Of a stretch of DNA of 64,000 bases, positions 8,418 through 17,738 are shown in pieces. Both the position numbers and the translations under genes were made by a program. Below the pieces are notes generated by a model. That model ran no database searches and was not told where the DNA came from. It was given only the letters and a program-made list of their open reading frames with translations. The DNA is from an uncultured Planctomycetales bacterium (GTDB lineage Bacteria > Omnitrophota > Gorgyraeia > Gygaellales > Profunditerraquicolaceae): the NCBI GenBank assembly GCA_964545575.1, contig CAZJFL010000008.1, forward strand, positions 18,171-82,170. Reading direction: 5' to 3'. Each line of letters starts with the position of its first letter. Within the stretch, counting starts at the first letter, position 1.

Positions 8418-9887
8418 TTAAGTATTTTTGATGAAGGTGCGCCGGAGGGATTCGCCGAGTTTACCGCGTTTTTTCTCCCTGACCAGCACGCTTTTAATCA
8501 GCGAGGGCGCCGCCAGAAACAGCGAGATGGCTTCTTTAAAGGTAAAGAACCTGGTAATAAAAATATTCTTCCAGAGAATCTTGGCGAATCTGGCAGGGGT
8601 ATAAAAAGAAAATTTTATCTTTTTACCTATTCTTTTCAAGGCATCGTAGCTATAGGTATCGGAATAAAGCTGCCCTTTATCGGTGATGTGATAACCGGGG
8701 GTCTTTTCGGCAAGTTCTCTTAAGGGCGAAAAACTCTCAATCCTTAACTTATTGCAGGCAATGGAATCGACTCCGATCTCCTTGGCAAACTGCGCAATAT
8801 AAAGCATTTCTGCTTCTGTCTCGCCGATATTCCCGTAGATAAAGTATCCGTTGTAGAAGATCGGGTATTTCTTAAGGACCGCAAAATATTTTCTTATCGT
8901 CTCCTGATTGAAACCTTTATTCAGCTGCGCCAGTATCCGGTCGTGGGGAGATTCTATCCCGATCAAGAGCGCCTTGAAGCCGACCTTGACCATTTTTTCA
9001 AGGAGCCTGGGGCTGCGGGCGATTTCAATACGCGCCTGAGCGATGAAACGCTTTTTTATTTTTCGTTTGATGAGCAAATCGCAGATTTTCTCCGCTCTTT
9101 CGGGCTCGACAAAGATGTTATCATCGCTGAAAATTATTACTCCGGCTTTCAGGCTTTGGATCTCGTCAACCACAGATTCAACACTACGCACGGAATATTC
9201 TCTTTTCTGGCCCAGGGGATTTATACTGAAAGTGCAAAATTTGCAGTTAAAAGGACAGCCCCGCGAGCTTAAAACCGAATCGAAGGTTATGTCTGCCACC
9301 TTTATGCCGTTTACCGCCAGCCTGTACTCGCTGTTTCTCAAGGTTCGGTCAGGTATTGCCAGGCCGTCTATGTCAGGAAATGGCCGGTTCGGGTTATGTA
9401 TTATCTTGCCGCCTTGCCGGTAAGAAATGCCCAGGATTTCTCCAAGGGCGACGCCCTTTAATATTTCCTGTATCGTTTCTTCGCCTTCGCCCCTGACGAT
9501 GATGTCTATTTTAGGGCAGAGCTTAAAAAGTTCCTCTACTTTTTCAGTGGCCTTATAGCCGCCTACGACTAAAGTTATCTCATCCGGCATACGGTTAAGC
9601 AATTGACAGATCTCCTCAAACTGCCGGTTCCAGCCGATGCTAACGCAGATAATATCGATCAAGCCGGATATAAAGCTTAGGAGTTTTTCCGGGTCCGAGA
9701 GGGGGGTTGTGCAGCGTAAATCCAAAAGGGTGATTTTGTCAACCAGGCCCTTGGCGCTTGTTGCCACATATTCAAGCCCGAGGGGTGGAAAGAGCATCAT
9801 CGTGTTTGTGGCCTGGCTCTCGATATAAGGATTCAGGAATAAAGCGTGTTTATATTTCATATTAGCCTTTTTTAATATCTTTCGCAA
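8418..9887 (-). CDS. B12-binding domain radical SAM protein
   Basis: N-terminal cobalamin-binding domain (LFPPLGLEYVATSAKG...), followed by a radical SAM CxxxCxxC motif (GCPFNCKFC). Confidence 0.75.
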   Translation of the reverse strand: MRKILKKANMKYKHALFLNPYIESQATNTMMLFPPLGLEYVATSAKGLVDKITLLDLRCTTPLSDPEKLLSFISGLIDIICVSIGWNRQFEEICQLLNRMPDEITLVVGGYKATEKVEELFKLCPKIDIIVRGEGEETIQEILKGVALGEILGISYRQGGKIIHNPNRPFPDIDGLAIPDRTLRNSEYRLAVNGIKVADITFDSVLSSRGCPFNCKFCTFSINPLGQKREYSVRSVESVVDEIQSLKAGVIIFSDDNIFVEPERAEKICDLLIKRKIKKRFIAQARIEIARSPRLLEKMVKVGFKALLIGIESPHDRILAQLNKGFNQETIRKYFAVLKKYPIFYNGYFIYGNIGETEAEMLYIAQFAKEIGVDSIACNKLRIESFSPLRELAEKTPGYHITDKGQLYSDTYSYDALKRIGKKIKFSFYTPARFAKILWKNIFITRFFTFKEAISLFLAAPSLIKSVLVREKKRGKLGESLRRTFIKNT

Positions 9888-10021
9888 AACAATTTACTAT
9901 AGCATTAAAAAACAGAGGGCACAACAGGTATTAATATTTTATTTCGGTGGATTAAGGCCGAATTCTATGGTATACTTAACGCCAAATAAAGATTAGGGCA
10001 TTTTAGCGAGAGGGTTGATTT

Positions 10022-11104
10022 ATGAGCATCGAGTTTAAGAATTTAGATTTAGGTAATTTGAGAATAAGGCTGCCGCTCATCCAGGGCGGGATGGGGGTGC
10101 GGGTGTCAGCGTCATCTCTGGCTTCCGCAGTCTCTAATGAAGGCGGGCTGGGAGTGATTGCCTCGGTCGGCCTCGGAGAAGAGGGTGGCGATGAGCAGCG
10201 CGATTATAAGACGCGTTCGCGGGAAGCCTTCATCGAAATCATCCGGGATACGCGCAGGAAGACTCCAAATCCGTTCGGCGTAAATATCATGTGTGCCCTG
10301 ACTAATTACGATGACCTGGTGGATGCCGCCCAGCAGGAATTGGTGGATGTGATTATTTCCGGGGCAGGCCTGCCGCTAAGGCTGCCGTCTTTGATCAAGA
10401 ATGACCGGACCAAACTTGTTCCGATTGTCTCTTCTGCGCGGGCAACGCAGATTATTTGCACCGCCTGGAAAAGAAGGTACAATCGCCTGCCTGATGCCAT
10501 TGTGGTCGAAGGGCCGCTTGCCGGAGGGCACCTGGGTTATAGCATGGCTGAACTCGATGATAAAGAGCATGTTTTTCTGGATAAGATCTTAGGGGAGGTA
10601 TTGGCGGTTACGCGCAATTTCCAGCATGATAAATTGCGTATCCCGGTGATCGCCGCCGGAGGTATATTTGACGGTAAAGATATTGCCCGGGTTATGCGTT
10701 TAGGGGCAAGCGGGGTGCAGATGGCTACGCGTTTTGTCTGCACGCACGAGTGCGACGTATCCTTAAAATATAAAGAAGCATGTATGTCCGCCAAGCCGGA
10801 GGATATTGTGATTATCCAGAGCCCGGTGGGGATGCCGGGAAGGGTTATTCGTAACGAATTTGTAAAGAGGATTACTAATGGGGAACGCATAGATTTTGTT
10901 TGCGAATATCAATGTCTCTCCACCTGTGACACCAAGAAAGTTAACTATTGTATTGCCAAGGCGCTGCTTAATGCTTACCGGGGCGAGCTGGACAAGGGGT
11001 TTGCCATGTGCGGCAGCAATGCCTACCGGATCAAGAAGATCGTCTCGGTGAAAGAGCTGATCGCCGAGCTGGTCAGAGAGGCAGAGGATTGTTTAAACGG
11101 ATAG
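10022..11104 (+). CDS. Nitronate monooxygenase / FabK-like NAD(P)H-dependent flavin oxidoreductase
   Basis: IQGGMGVRVSASSLASAVSNEGGLGVI, a TIM-barrel FMN site, and GGHLGYS...AAGGIFDG match the 2-nitropropane dioxygenase family. Confidence 0.75.
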   Translation: MSIEFKNLDLGNLRIRLPLIQGGMGVRVSASSLASAVSNEGGLGVIASVGLGEEGGDEQRDYKTRSREAFIEIIRDTRRKTPNPFGVNIMCALTNYDDLVDAAQQELVDVIISGAGLPLRLPSLIKNDRTKLVPIVSSARATQIICTAWKRRYNRLPDAIVVEGPLAGGHLGYSMAELDDKEHVFLDKILGEVLAVTRNFQHDKLRIPVIAAGGIFDGKDIARVMRLGASGVQMATRFVCTHECDVSLKYKEACMSAKPEDIVIIQSPVGMPGRVIRNEFVKRITNGERIDFVCEYQCLSTCDTKKVNYCIAKALLNAYRGELDKGFAMCGSNAYRIKKIVSVKELIAELVREAEDCLNG

Positions 11105-11163
11105 GGGGTAAATATCAAAAAAACAAAGACTTCGCATAAAGGCAGGCAATGTAAATTTCCGCA

Positions 11164-11191
11164 TTGCAAGCATATCTTAAGTATCTATAAT
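11164..11191 (+). promoter_or_regulatory. Sigma-70 type promoter (TTGCAA-16-TATAAT)
   Basis: Near-consensus -35 and -10 hexamers about 70 nt upstream of the helicase ORF. Confidence 0.45.
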
Positions 11192-11259
11192 CATGATATA
11201 TATTGCCATCTTCACCTTGGTCTGCTTGTCGGCGGGCATAAAGGGAAGGCTCATAAATC

Positions 11260-12516
11260 GTGACCCCGCACAGGACGGCGCATACAGGCAGCCTTTTGCA
11301 AAGTAACAGCCAACCCGAAAGAAGTTTCTACGGGTTGGGTATTGCCCCGAAGATCCTCGATATCCTGGCGCAGATAAAGTTTAAAGTGCCCACCCCGATT
11401 CAATTCAAAGCCATCCCTTTAGCGATTGAAGGTAAAGATGTCATTGGTATTGCCCAGACCGGAACCGGCAAGACGCACGCCTTTGCCATTCCGATGTGCC
11501 AGCGGCTGGCGCAGAAGAAGGGGGTTGGTCTGGTCCTGGCGCCTACGCGCGAATTAGCCATTCAGATTGACGAGGCCTTTCAGGAGATTGCCCGCTCATT
11601 CGGGATGAAGACCGCCTGCCTGATCGGCGGCGCCCCGATGCCGGGCCAGATTCAGGCGCTGCGTAAGGATCCCCGCATAGTAATCGCAACTCCCGGCAGG
11701 CTCATTGACCATATGGGCCAGTGGAATTTCCTGCCGGATAACGTAACCATGCTGGTGCTTGATGAAGCCGACCGCATGCTGGATATGGGGTTTGCCCCGC
11801 AGATCAGCAAAATCCTGCGCTTCCTGCCCAAAGATAGGCAGACCATGCTCTTTTCGGCAACTATCCCCAAAGAGATTATGGAGATTGCCGCCAAGTATAT
11901 GAAGTTGCCTGTTTCGGTTGAGATTGCGCCTTCAGGGACGACGGTAGAGCGCGTAACCCAGGAATTATTTATCGTAAAGCGCGAAGCCAAGTCGCGCCTC
12001 TTGAGTAAATTATTGGCGCAATATCACGGCTCAATACTTTTGTTTTCCCGCACCAAACATAACGCGCGTAAAATCACCATGTCAATCCGGGATATGGGTT
12101 ATAGCGCGGCGGAAATACACTCTAACCGTTCCCTCGGCCAGCGCCGCGAAGCCCTTGAAGGCTTTAAGTCAGGCAGGTACAAGGTGCTTGTTGCCACTGA
12201 TATCGCATCCCGGGGCATTGATGTGACCGGCATCGAGCTGGTCCTTAATTATGACCTTCCGGAAGATGCGGAAAATTATGTGCATCGCATCGGCCGCACA
12301 GCCAGGGCCGGCCAGCGGGGGCACGCGATTTCTTTTGCCACGCCAGACCAGAGCAGCGATGTCCGGGATATTGAAAAGCTTATCCGGTTAACGCTCCCCG
12401 TATCAAAACACCCCGAAATGCCTGCTGAAGAGTTTGCCAAGTTCGGGCAGGAGGCGCCGCGACGGGACTTTAAACGGCAGCCAAGCCAAAAGCGTTATAA
12501 ATTCCGCCGGCGTTAA
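11260..12516 (+). CDS. DEAD-box ATP-dependent RNA helicase
   Basis: Q-motif/PTPIQ, AQTGTGKT (motif I), VLDEADRMLDMGF (DEAD), SAT, and HRIGRTARAG (motif VI). Confidence 0.85.
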   Translation: MTPHRTAHTGSLLQSNSQPERSFYGLGIAPKILDILAQIKFKVPTPIQFKAIPLAIEGKDVIGIAQTGTGKTHAFAIPMCQRLAQKKGVGLVLAPTRELAIQIDEAFQEIARSFGMKTACLIGGAPMPGQIQALRKDPRIVIATPGRLIDHMGQWNFLPDNVTMLVLDEADRMLDMGFAPQISKILRFLPKDRQTMLFSATIPKEIMEIAAKYMKLPVSVEIAPSGTTVERVTQELFIVKREAKSRLLSKLLAQYHGSILLFSRTKHNARKITMSIRDMGYSAAEIHSNRSLGQRREALEGFKSGRYKVLVATDIASRGIDVTGIELVLNYDLPEDAENYVHRIGRTARAGQRGHAISFATPDQSSDVRDIEKLIRLTLPVSKHPEMPAEEFAKFGQEAPRRDFKRQPSQKRYKFRRR

Positions 12517-12533
12517 TCCTTATAATTATCTCT

Positions 12534-13520
12534 ATGCCTAAACTGCGCTATGAACTTGATCCCCATAACAGATTAGTCGCAGGATTATTCGGCATGCGCC
12601 GGGTTCAAGAGGGGCAGTTTAGGATCGGTCCGCGTAACACCCTTACCTACGATATCAAGACTCCTGTCCCGGCAGGCATCAAAGCGCCGCATCAGCTAAA
12701 ATTAAAAGGGGAATGGTCGCTCGATCACGACCATCAATTGCGTTTTACCCTGGATAAATTACAGAGAAAGACCTTCGGAGACGAACTCACTATTCAGGGC
12801 GAGATCCTCGATGTCAAAAAGAACGCGCTGCTTTTTGCGGTGACGACCCGTAATCAAAAGGGGAACTTTTCTCTTTATACGCTGGAACTTTCCGGCGCCT
12901 GGCAGGCAGATGCTAAAAACCGGCTGACTTTCAAAGTGGCTAAGGGCGGAGATAACTTTGATACGTTGGTCTTTAGCGGCGCCTGGCAGATCGACAAGAA
13001 TTATCAGATCATTTACCGCTATACTAAAGCCAACCTCATACGTAAACATAAGCGCCTGCATATGCTTGCGTTTAAGGGATACTGGGATATTGCCGATAAG
13101 GCCCGGCTTTCTTACGTTATTGATAAAAGCAGCGATTCAGTGTTTAATTTTAAGACGAGTGCTAGCATCTTCAAAGGCAATTACGTTAAATACGAATTAG
13201 GGATAGGAGTTTCCGGCAGGAAGCATCCGGTGAGGCGCTTGATTACGCTTTTCGGCAGCTGGAAGATTAAAAAAGGTGTAGGTCTGGTTTTTGAAATCGA
13301 AGCGGATAAAAAGATCCGGGCGATTGTTTTGGGTGCCGAGGCGCGGCTAGGCGAGAAGAACACGGTAACATTACGCTTAAGGAATAATCTGAATCAGGAT
13401 ATCGCGGGAAAGCTTGAATTAGCGCGGGATGTTTTTCAAGGGGAAGGCCAGGCCTTCCTGCGCTTACTTAGAGAGCGTGGCCAATTGACTATTCAGGCCG
13501 GGGCGGGATGGAAGTGGTGA
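12534..13520 (+). CDS. Hypothetical protein with internal beta-strand repeats
   Basis: Repeated units of the form L.F....G(A/S)W(Q/K)(I/A)D.K.. (LELSGAWQADAKNRLTFKV; LVFSGAWQIDKNYQIIYRY; LFGSWKIKKGVGLVFEIEAD). 17 nt downstream of the helicase. Confidence 0.4.
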   Translation: MPKLRYELDPHNRLVAGLFGMRRVQEGQFRIGPRNTLTYDIKTPVPAGIKAPHQLKLKGEWSLDHDHQLRFTLDKLQRKTFGDELTIQGEILDVKKNALLFAVTTRNQKGNFSLYTLELSGAWQADAKNRLTFKVAKGGDNFDTLVFSGAWQIDKNYQIIYRYTKANLIRKHKRLHMLAFKGYWDIADKARLSYVIDKSSDSVFNFKTSASIFKGNYVKYELGIGVSGRKHPVRRLITLFGSWKIKKGVGLVFEIEADKKIRAIVLGAEARLGEKNTVTLRLRNNLNQDIAGKLELARDVFQGEGQAFLRLLRERGQLTIQAGAGWKW

Positions 13521-13540
13521 GAGAGCGTTGAAGCGGGAAA

Positions 13541-14638
13541 ATGCAGATAAAATTATTCAGAAAAATCGCAGAGATACCGGAAAAAGACTGGCTAAGCGTA
13601 TTCCCTGAGGTTGCCGGGAGTTACCGTTTTTTTGCTGCCCTCGATAGGCTGGATTTCAGGCAATTCCGTTTTTATTATTTAATGGCCTATGAAAAGGATA
13701 CCCCCGTAGGCGCCGCTTCCTTATTCCTGATGGATTTTCAGCTGGATATGGGGGTGCGGGGGATACTGAAACGCTGCACCAGGTTCCTGAAAAAAATTTT
13801 CCCCCGGCTGCTAGGCGTCAAGACCCTTTTCTGCGGCTCGATTAGCGACAGGGGCAGGATAGGCATAAACGGCAATCCTGCGGAGGTCCTGGATGCGTTC
13901 GTCGCTGCTATGGAGGAATTGGCAAAAAAAGAAAAGGCCAAGGCAATAGTTTTTAAAGATTTTGACCCCTCTTACGATAGGCTGATGCAGCGGCTCCTGG
14001 AAAAGGGGTTCCTGCGTCAAAAAAGCCTGCCCTCGGCAGTAATGGATATTACCTTTAGTGATTTCGACGCCTACCTGAAGACGCTTAGCCCTGTTTCGCG
14101 CCAGGGCTTGCGGCGTAAGCTTAAAAAAATTTCCGGAAGCCCGCATTTTGACTTGGAGGTTACTAATTTGGTAAATAAAGAGGTTTCTAGAGAAATGCAC
14201 GGGCTTTATCTAGAGACGCTTAAGAAAGCCGAGATAGAGTTTGAAGAGTTGCCCCGGGATTATTTTGCGGTTATCTCAAGGGAAATGCCCGAGAGTAACA
14301 GATGTTTTCTCTGGAGGCTGGAAGGCCGGCTGATCGCCTTTGCGCAGTGCTTCGTTAGCGGGAGTTATTTCGTCGATTATTACCTTGGGTTTGATTATGC
14401 CTTCGCCCATCAATACAATCTTTATTATTTAAGGTTTAAGGCGCTTCTGGAATGGTGCATGAGTAACGGTATGCAGGCCTATGAAATGGGGCAGTCAAGC
14501 TACGAAATCAAGCGGCGCCTGGGATTTAAATTTTTACCGCTCTCTGTCTATGCCCGGCCCTGCAGCAAGCTTAGCCTGCCGTTGTTTAAGTTTTATCATC
14601 GCTTTCTTACCTTTGAGCGGTTTGAGCCGTTACCTTAA
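13541..14638 (+). CDS. FemAB-like/BioF2-like GNAT-fold acetyltransferase family protein (DUF482)
   Basis: Length and the N-terminal IPEKDWLSVFP...FF.ALD motif are typical of the PF04339 family. Confidence 0.4.
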   Translation: MQIKLFRKIAEIPEKDWLSVFPEVAGSYRFFAALDRLDFRQFRFYYLMAYEKDTPVGAASLFLMDFQLDMGVRGILKRCTRFLKKIFPRLLGVKTLFCGSISDRGRIGINGNPAEVLDAFVAAMEELAKKEKAKAIVFKDFDPSYDRLMQRLLEKGFLRQKSLPSAVMDITFSDFDAYLKTLSPVSRQGLRRKLKKISGSPHFDLEVTNLVNKEVSREMHGLYLETLKKAEIEFEELPRDYFAVISREMPESNRCFLWRLEGRLIAFAQCFVSGSYFVDYYLGFDYAFAHQYNLYYLRFKALLEWCMSNGMQAYEMGQSSYEIKRRLGFKFLPLSVYARPCSKLSLPLFKFYHRFLTFERFEPLP

Positions 14639-14768
14639 GCTGGCCTGGCGGGAATTCCAGGCACAAAATCGCTTGGGATTTTTGTTTTAGAGAGATATAA
14701 TATTTCCATACGGGGGTAAAATAAATCTGACCCCATTTATCCGGGCCTAGCGACGTAGAGGAGAATTC

Positions 14769-15311
14769 ATGAGGAAAATTACATTAGCGCTGCTGATAAG
14801 TTTTTTTATTAACTGTGCCTGTGCAGGAGAGCCGCCGATGAATAACCAGACCGTAGTTTTAGAAACAAATCAGGGAGTAATAGAGGTAAAACTTTTTGAT
14901 GATATCGCGCCGAAGGCCTGCGAGAATTTTACCGCCCTGGTAAAAAAAGGATATTATAACGGAACAATATTCCACCGGGTAATCAAGAACTTTATGCTTC
15001 AGGGGGGCGACCCCACCGGAACCGGCAGGGACGGGGAATCCATCTGGGGTAAGACTTTTGCCGATGAAGTAAATCCGCAGGTACAGTTTGACCGGCCCGG
15101 GCTGCTGGCAATGGCAAATGCCGGCCCGAACACAAACGGCAGCCAGTTTTTTATCACTACTGCTAAGACGCCCTGGCTGAATATGAAGCACACCATTTTT
15201 GGGGAAGTAGCTTCTGGTTATGACGTGGTAGAAAAAATAGAAAATACCGCCACCGGTTATGGCGACAAGCCCATATCCGACCAGAAGATCATCAAGGCAT
15301 ACCTAAAATAA
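14769..15311 (+). CDS. ppiB: Peptidyl-prolyl cis-trans isomerase, cyclophilin type
   Basis: [27 protein letters not shown] and SQFFITT signatures. Carries an N-terminal signal peptide. Confidence 0.85.
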   Translation: MRKITLALLISFFINCACAGEPPMNNQTVVLETNQGVIEVKLFDDIAPKACENFTALVKKGYYNGTIFHRVIKNFMLQGGDPTGTGRDGESIWGKTFADEVNPQVQFDRPGLLAMANAGPNTNGSQFFITTAKTPWLNMKHTIFGEVASGYDVVEKIENTATGYGDKPISDQKIIKAYLK

Positions 15312-15315
15312 TCCC

Positions 15316-17256
15316 GTGATCGCAATATCTAACCTTTCCAAGAACTACGGCAGGAAAGTCCTTTTTCAGGATATTTCTCTTGGCATTAATGCCGGAGAAA
15401 AAATAGGGTTGCTTGGGCCTAATGGTTCAGGCAAAAGCACGCTTTTTGCCATGATCCTGGGCGAGACCGAGCCGTCTGCGGGAGAAATCCGGGTGAATAA
15501 AAATACCCGTATCGGATACCTGCCTCAGGAGGCCAGTTTTCATTCCGAGCATACTGTTTTGGGAGAACTTTTAGAAGGGGACGCCGAGATCAACTCTTTA
15601 AATAAGGAAAAAGAGGAACTGGAGAGGACGAACCGGGCCGATGCCAGGCGTTACGGAGAAATCTTAGAGCGCCTCGAGGGTTTAGGGTATTTCCATCTGG
15701 AGTATAAGGCAAAGAAGATTCTTGCGGGCCTGGAATTCAAGGAAAATGATTTCAGCCGCCCCATAAAGGAACTTAGCGGCGGATGGCAGATGCGCGTGCT
15801 TTTGGCAAAATTACTTACCTGTCATTATGATATTTTACTGCTTGACGAGCCTACCAATTATCTGGATTTGAATGCCGCGATATGGCTGAAAGATTATTTG
15901 ACCGGCTTTAAGGGGACGTTTATTATGATTTCCCATGACAAGGCATTTTTAAATGAGGTGACTAATTACACCCTGATTTTAGAGAACGGCTCAATCTTTA
16001 AAGTCAAAGGCAACTACGAACATTACGAGCAAATAAAAGAAGAAAGGCGCAAGTTTTTAGTCAAGCAGTTTAAAGAGCAGGAGAAAAAGAGGGAGCAGCT
16101 GGAGAGGTTTGTCTCGCGTTTTCACGCCCAGCCGAATAAAGCGGCGGCAGTGCGCGCCAAAAGGACGGCCCTGGAAAGATTGGAAAAAGAGGCGGTCGAG
16201 CTTCCCCCTGACCCGCGGGAGAGCATCAAAGATTTTCATTTTCCCGGCACCAGAACCAGCGGGCATAAAGTAATTAGCTTAGAAGGCATCTCTAAATCCT
16301 ACGGTGAAATCAAGGTCTATCAGGATTTTGATTTCCAAGTTGATAAAGGAGATAAGGCGGTTTTAGCCGGAGAAAACGGAGCCGGTAAATCCACCCTGCT
16401 TAAAATCATGGCCGGGGTGATTGATATTGATCAAGGCATCCGCATTGTCGGGCACAATGTGGATATAGGTTATTTCTCGCAGACGCGGCTGGATGTTTTG
16501 AGCCCCGAGAATTCGGTTTTACAGGAAGCCTATTCTGCCGCGCCCGGATATATGTCGGAGACTGCGGTGCGCACCATATTAGGAGCTTTTTTATTTACCG
16601 GCGACGATTCCGATAAAAAAGTAAAAGTCCTCTCCGGCGGCGAAAAAAGCCGCCTGATTTTGGCAAAACTCCTGATTGACCCGCCGAATTTCCTGCTTCT
16701 CGATGAGCCGACCACGCATCTGGATGTGGATGCGGTAGATGCCCTGATCCGGACCCTGCATCAATATCAGGGCACGATCGTCTTTATCAGCCACGATATC
16801 CATTTTGTACGTTGCGTGGCCAATGTTGTTTTCGAGGTGAATGCCGGCAGGGTAAGAAAGATTTCCGGAAACTTTGATTATTATCTGGAGAAGAAGGCAG
16901 GAGGCGAGCTGGATGGCGCAATACAGACCCCAGCGCGTAAGAAAGCAACGGCAGCTTCCCGCAAAGAAGATTTAGAGAAGCTGCGCCTGAAAGATGAGGA
17001 AAAGAAGCGCAAAGAAGAAGAGAAAAAGCGTAAAGCTTATAATGTCGCTATCAGAGAAAAGATCACCAAGCTAGAGAAGAAAAAAGAAAGCCTCACGCTA
17101 GAGATGTATGCCAAGTCGCGCGCCCTTTCTGACCCGCGTATTTACCGCCGCGATGACGATACGGCCAAAGAATACGGCAGGCGGATCAAGGATATCGAGA
17201 AGCTGATCGCCGGGATTGATGAGGAGATAAAGAAGTTGGAATTAGATATGCTATAA
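15316..17256 (+). CDS. ABC-F family ATPase (Uup/EttA-like, two ABC domains plus C-terminal coiled coil)
   Basis: Two Walker A motifs (GPNGSGKST; GENGAGKST) and two LSGG signatures, followed by a K/E-rich C-terminal coiled coil. Confidence 0.8.
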   Translation: MIAISNLSKNYGRKVLFQDISLGINAGEKIGLLGPNGSGKSTLFAMILGETEPSAGEIRVNKNTRIGYLPQEASFHSEHTVLGELLEGDAEINSLNKEKEELERTNRADARRYGEILERLEGLGYFHLEYKAKKILAGLEFKENDFSRPIKELSGGWQMRVLLAKLLTCHYDILLLDEPTNYLDLNAAIWLKDYLTGFKGTFIMISHDKAFLNEVTNYTLILENGSIFKVKGNYEHYEQIKEERRKFLVKQFKEQEKKREQLERFVSRFHAQPNKAAAVRAKRTALERLEKEAVELPPDPRESIKDFHFPGTRTSGHKVISLEGISKSYGEIKVYQDFDFQVDKGDKAVLAGENGAGKSTLLKIMAGVIDIDQGIRIVGHNVDIGYFSQTRLDVLSPENSVLQEAYSAAPGYMSETAVRTILGAFLFTGDDSDKKVKVLSGGEKSRLILAKLLIDPPNFLLLDEPTTHLDVDAVDALIRTLHQYQGTIVFISHDIHFVRCVANVVFEVNAGRVRKISGNFDYYLEKKAGGELDGAIQTPARKKATAASRKEDLEKLRLKDEEKKRKEEEKKRKAYNVAIREKITKLEKKKESLTLEMYAKSRALSDPRIYRRDDDTAKEYGRRIKDIEKLIAGIDEEIKKLELDML

Positions 17257-17262
17257 TAATAG

Positions 17263-17290
17263 TTGACAAATCCGTAAAATAGTGTATACT
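17263..17290 (+). promoter_or_regulatory. Sigma-70 promoter for cspA (TTGACA-16-TATACT), followed by a roughly 140-nt 5' UTR
   Basis: Consensus -35 hexamer, with TG immediately upstream of the -10. A long leader is typical of cold-shock csp genes. Confidence 0.5.
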
Positions 17291-17432
17291 TATTAATGAA
17301 ATAGAGGTAAATAAGGGAGTGGAAATTCTGGAACCGTAAGGTGTAAGATTTAACTCGCCTTGCGGTTTTTTTACAGGTTCTGCCATTATTTACTATCTAG
17401 TAAAAATTTCAAAAGGAAGGAGGTAGTAAGTA

Positions 17433-17633
17433 ATGGCAAAAGGTAAAGTAAAGTGGTTCTCGAACCAAAAAGGTTATGGGTTCATTACCCCTGAAGACGG
17501 CAAAGATGTATTCGTGCATCATACCGCGATTCAGGGCGAAGGCTATAAGTCCTTAGAGGAAGGCCAGGAAGTTGAGTTTGAAATCGAACAAGGCCCTAAG
17601 GGCGAACAGGCTACGAAAGTAGTAAAACTCTAA
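17433..17633 (+). CDS. cspA: Cold-shock protein (CspA family)
   Basis: [30 protein letters not shown] carries the RNP1/RNP2 motifs of the cold-shock domain. Confidence 0.9.
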   Translation: MAKGKVKWFSNQKGYGFITPEDGKDVFVHHTAIQGEGYKSLEEGQEVEFEIEQGPKGEQATKVVKL

Positions 17634-17655
17634 CTATCTTACAGAACGCGACAAG

Positions 17656-17688
17656 AGGCCCGGTTAATTTCAACCGGGCCTTTTTCTT
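17656..17688 (+). terminator. Rho-independent terminator
   Basis: Stem AGGCCCGGTT/AACCGGGCCT with loop AATTTCA, followed by TTTTTCTTTC. Confidence 0.6.
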
Positions 17689-17701
17689 TCTATGTTAATC
17701 C

Positions 17702-17730
17702 TTGCAATAAATCAACTTAAATAGTATACT
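17702..17730 (+). promoter_or_regulatory. Sigma-70 promoter (TTGCAA-17-TATACT) placing the TSS at or next to the ATG at 17739
   Basis: The -10 hexamer ends 8 nt before the first ATG of the EF-G fusion ORF. This predicts a leaderless mRNA. Confidence 0.4.
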
Positions 17731-17738
17731 TTTATTTA

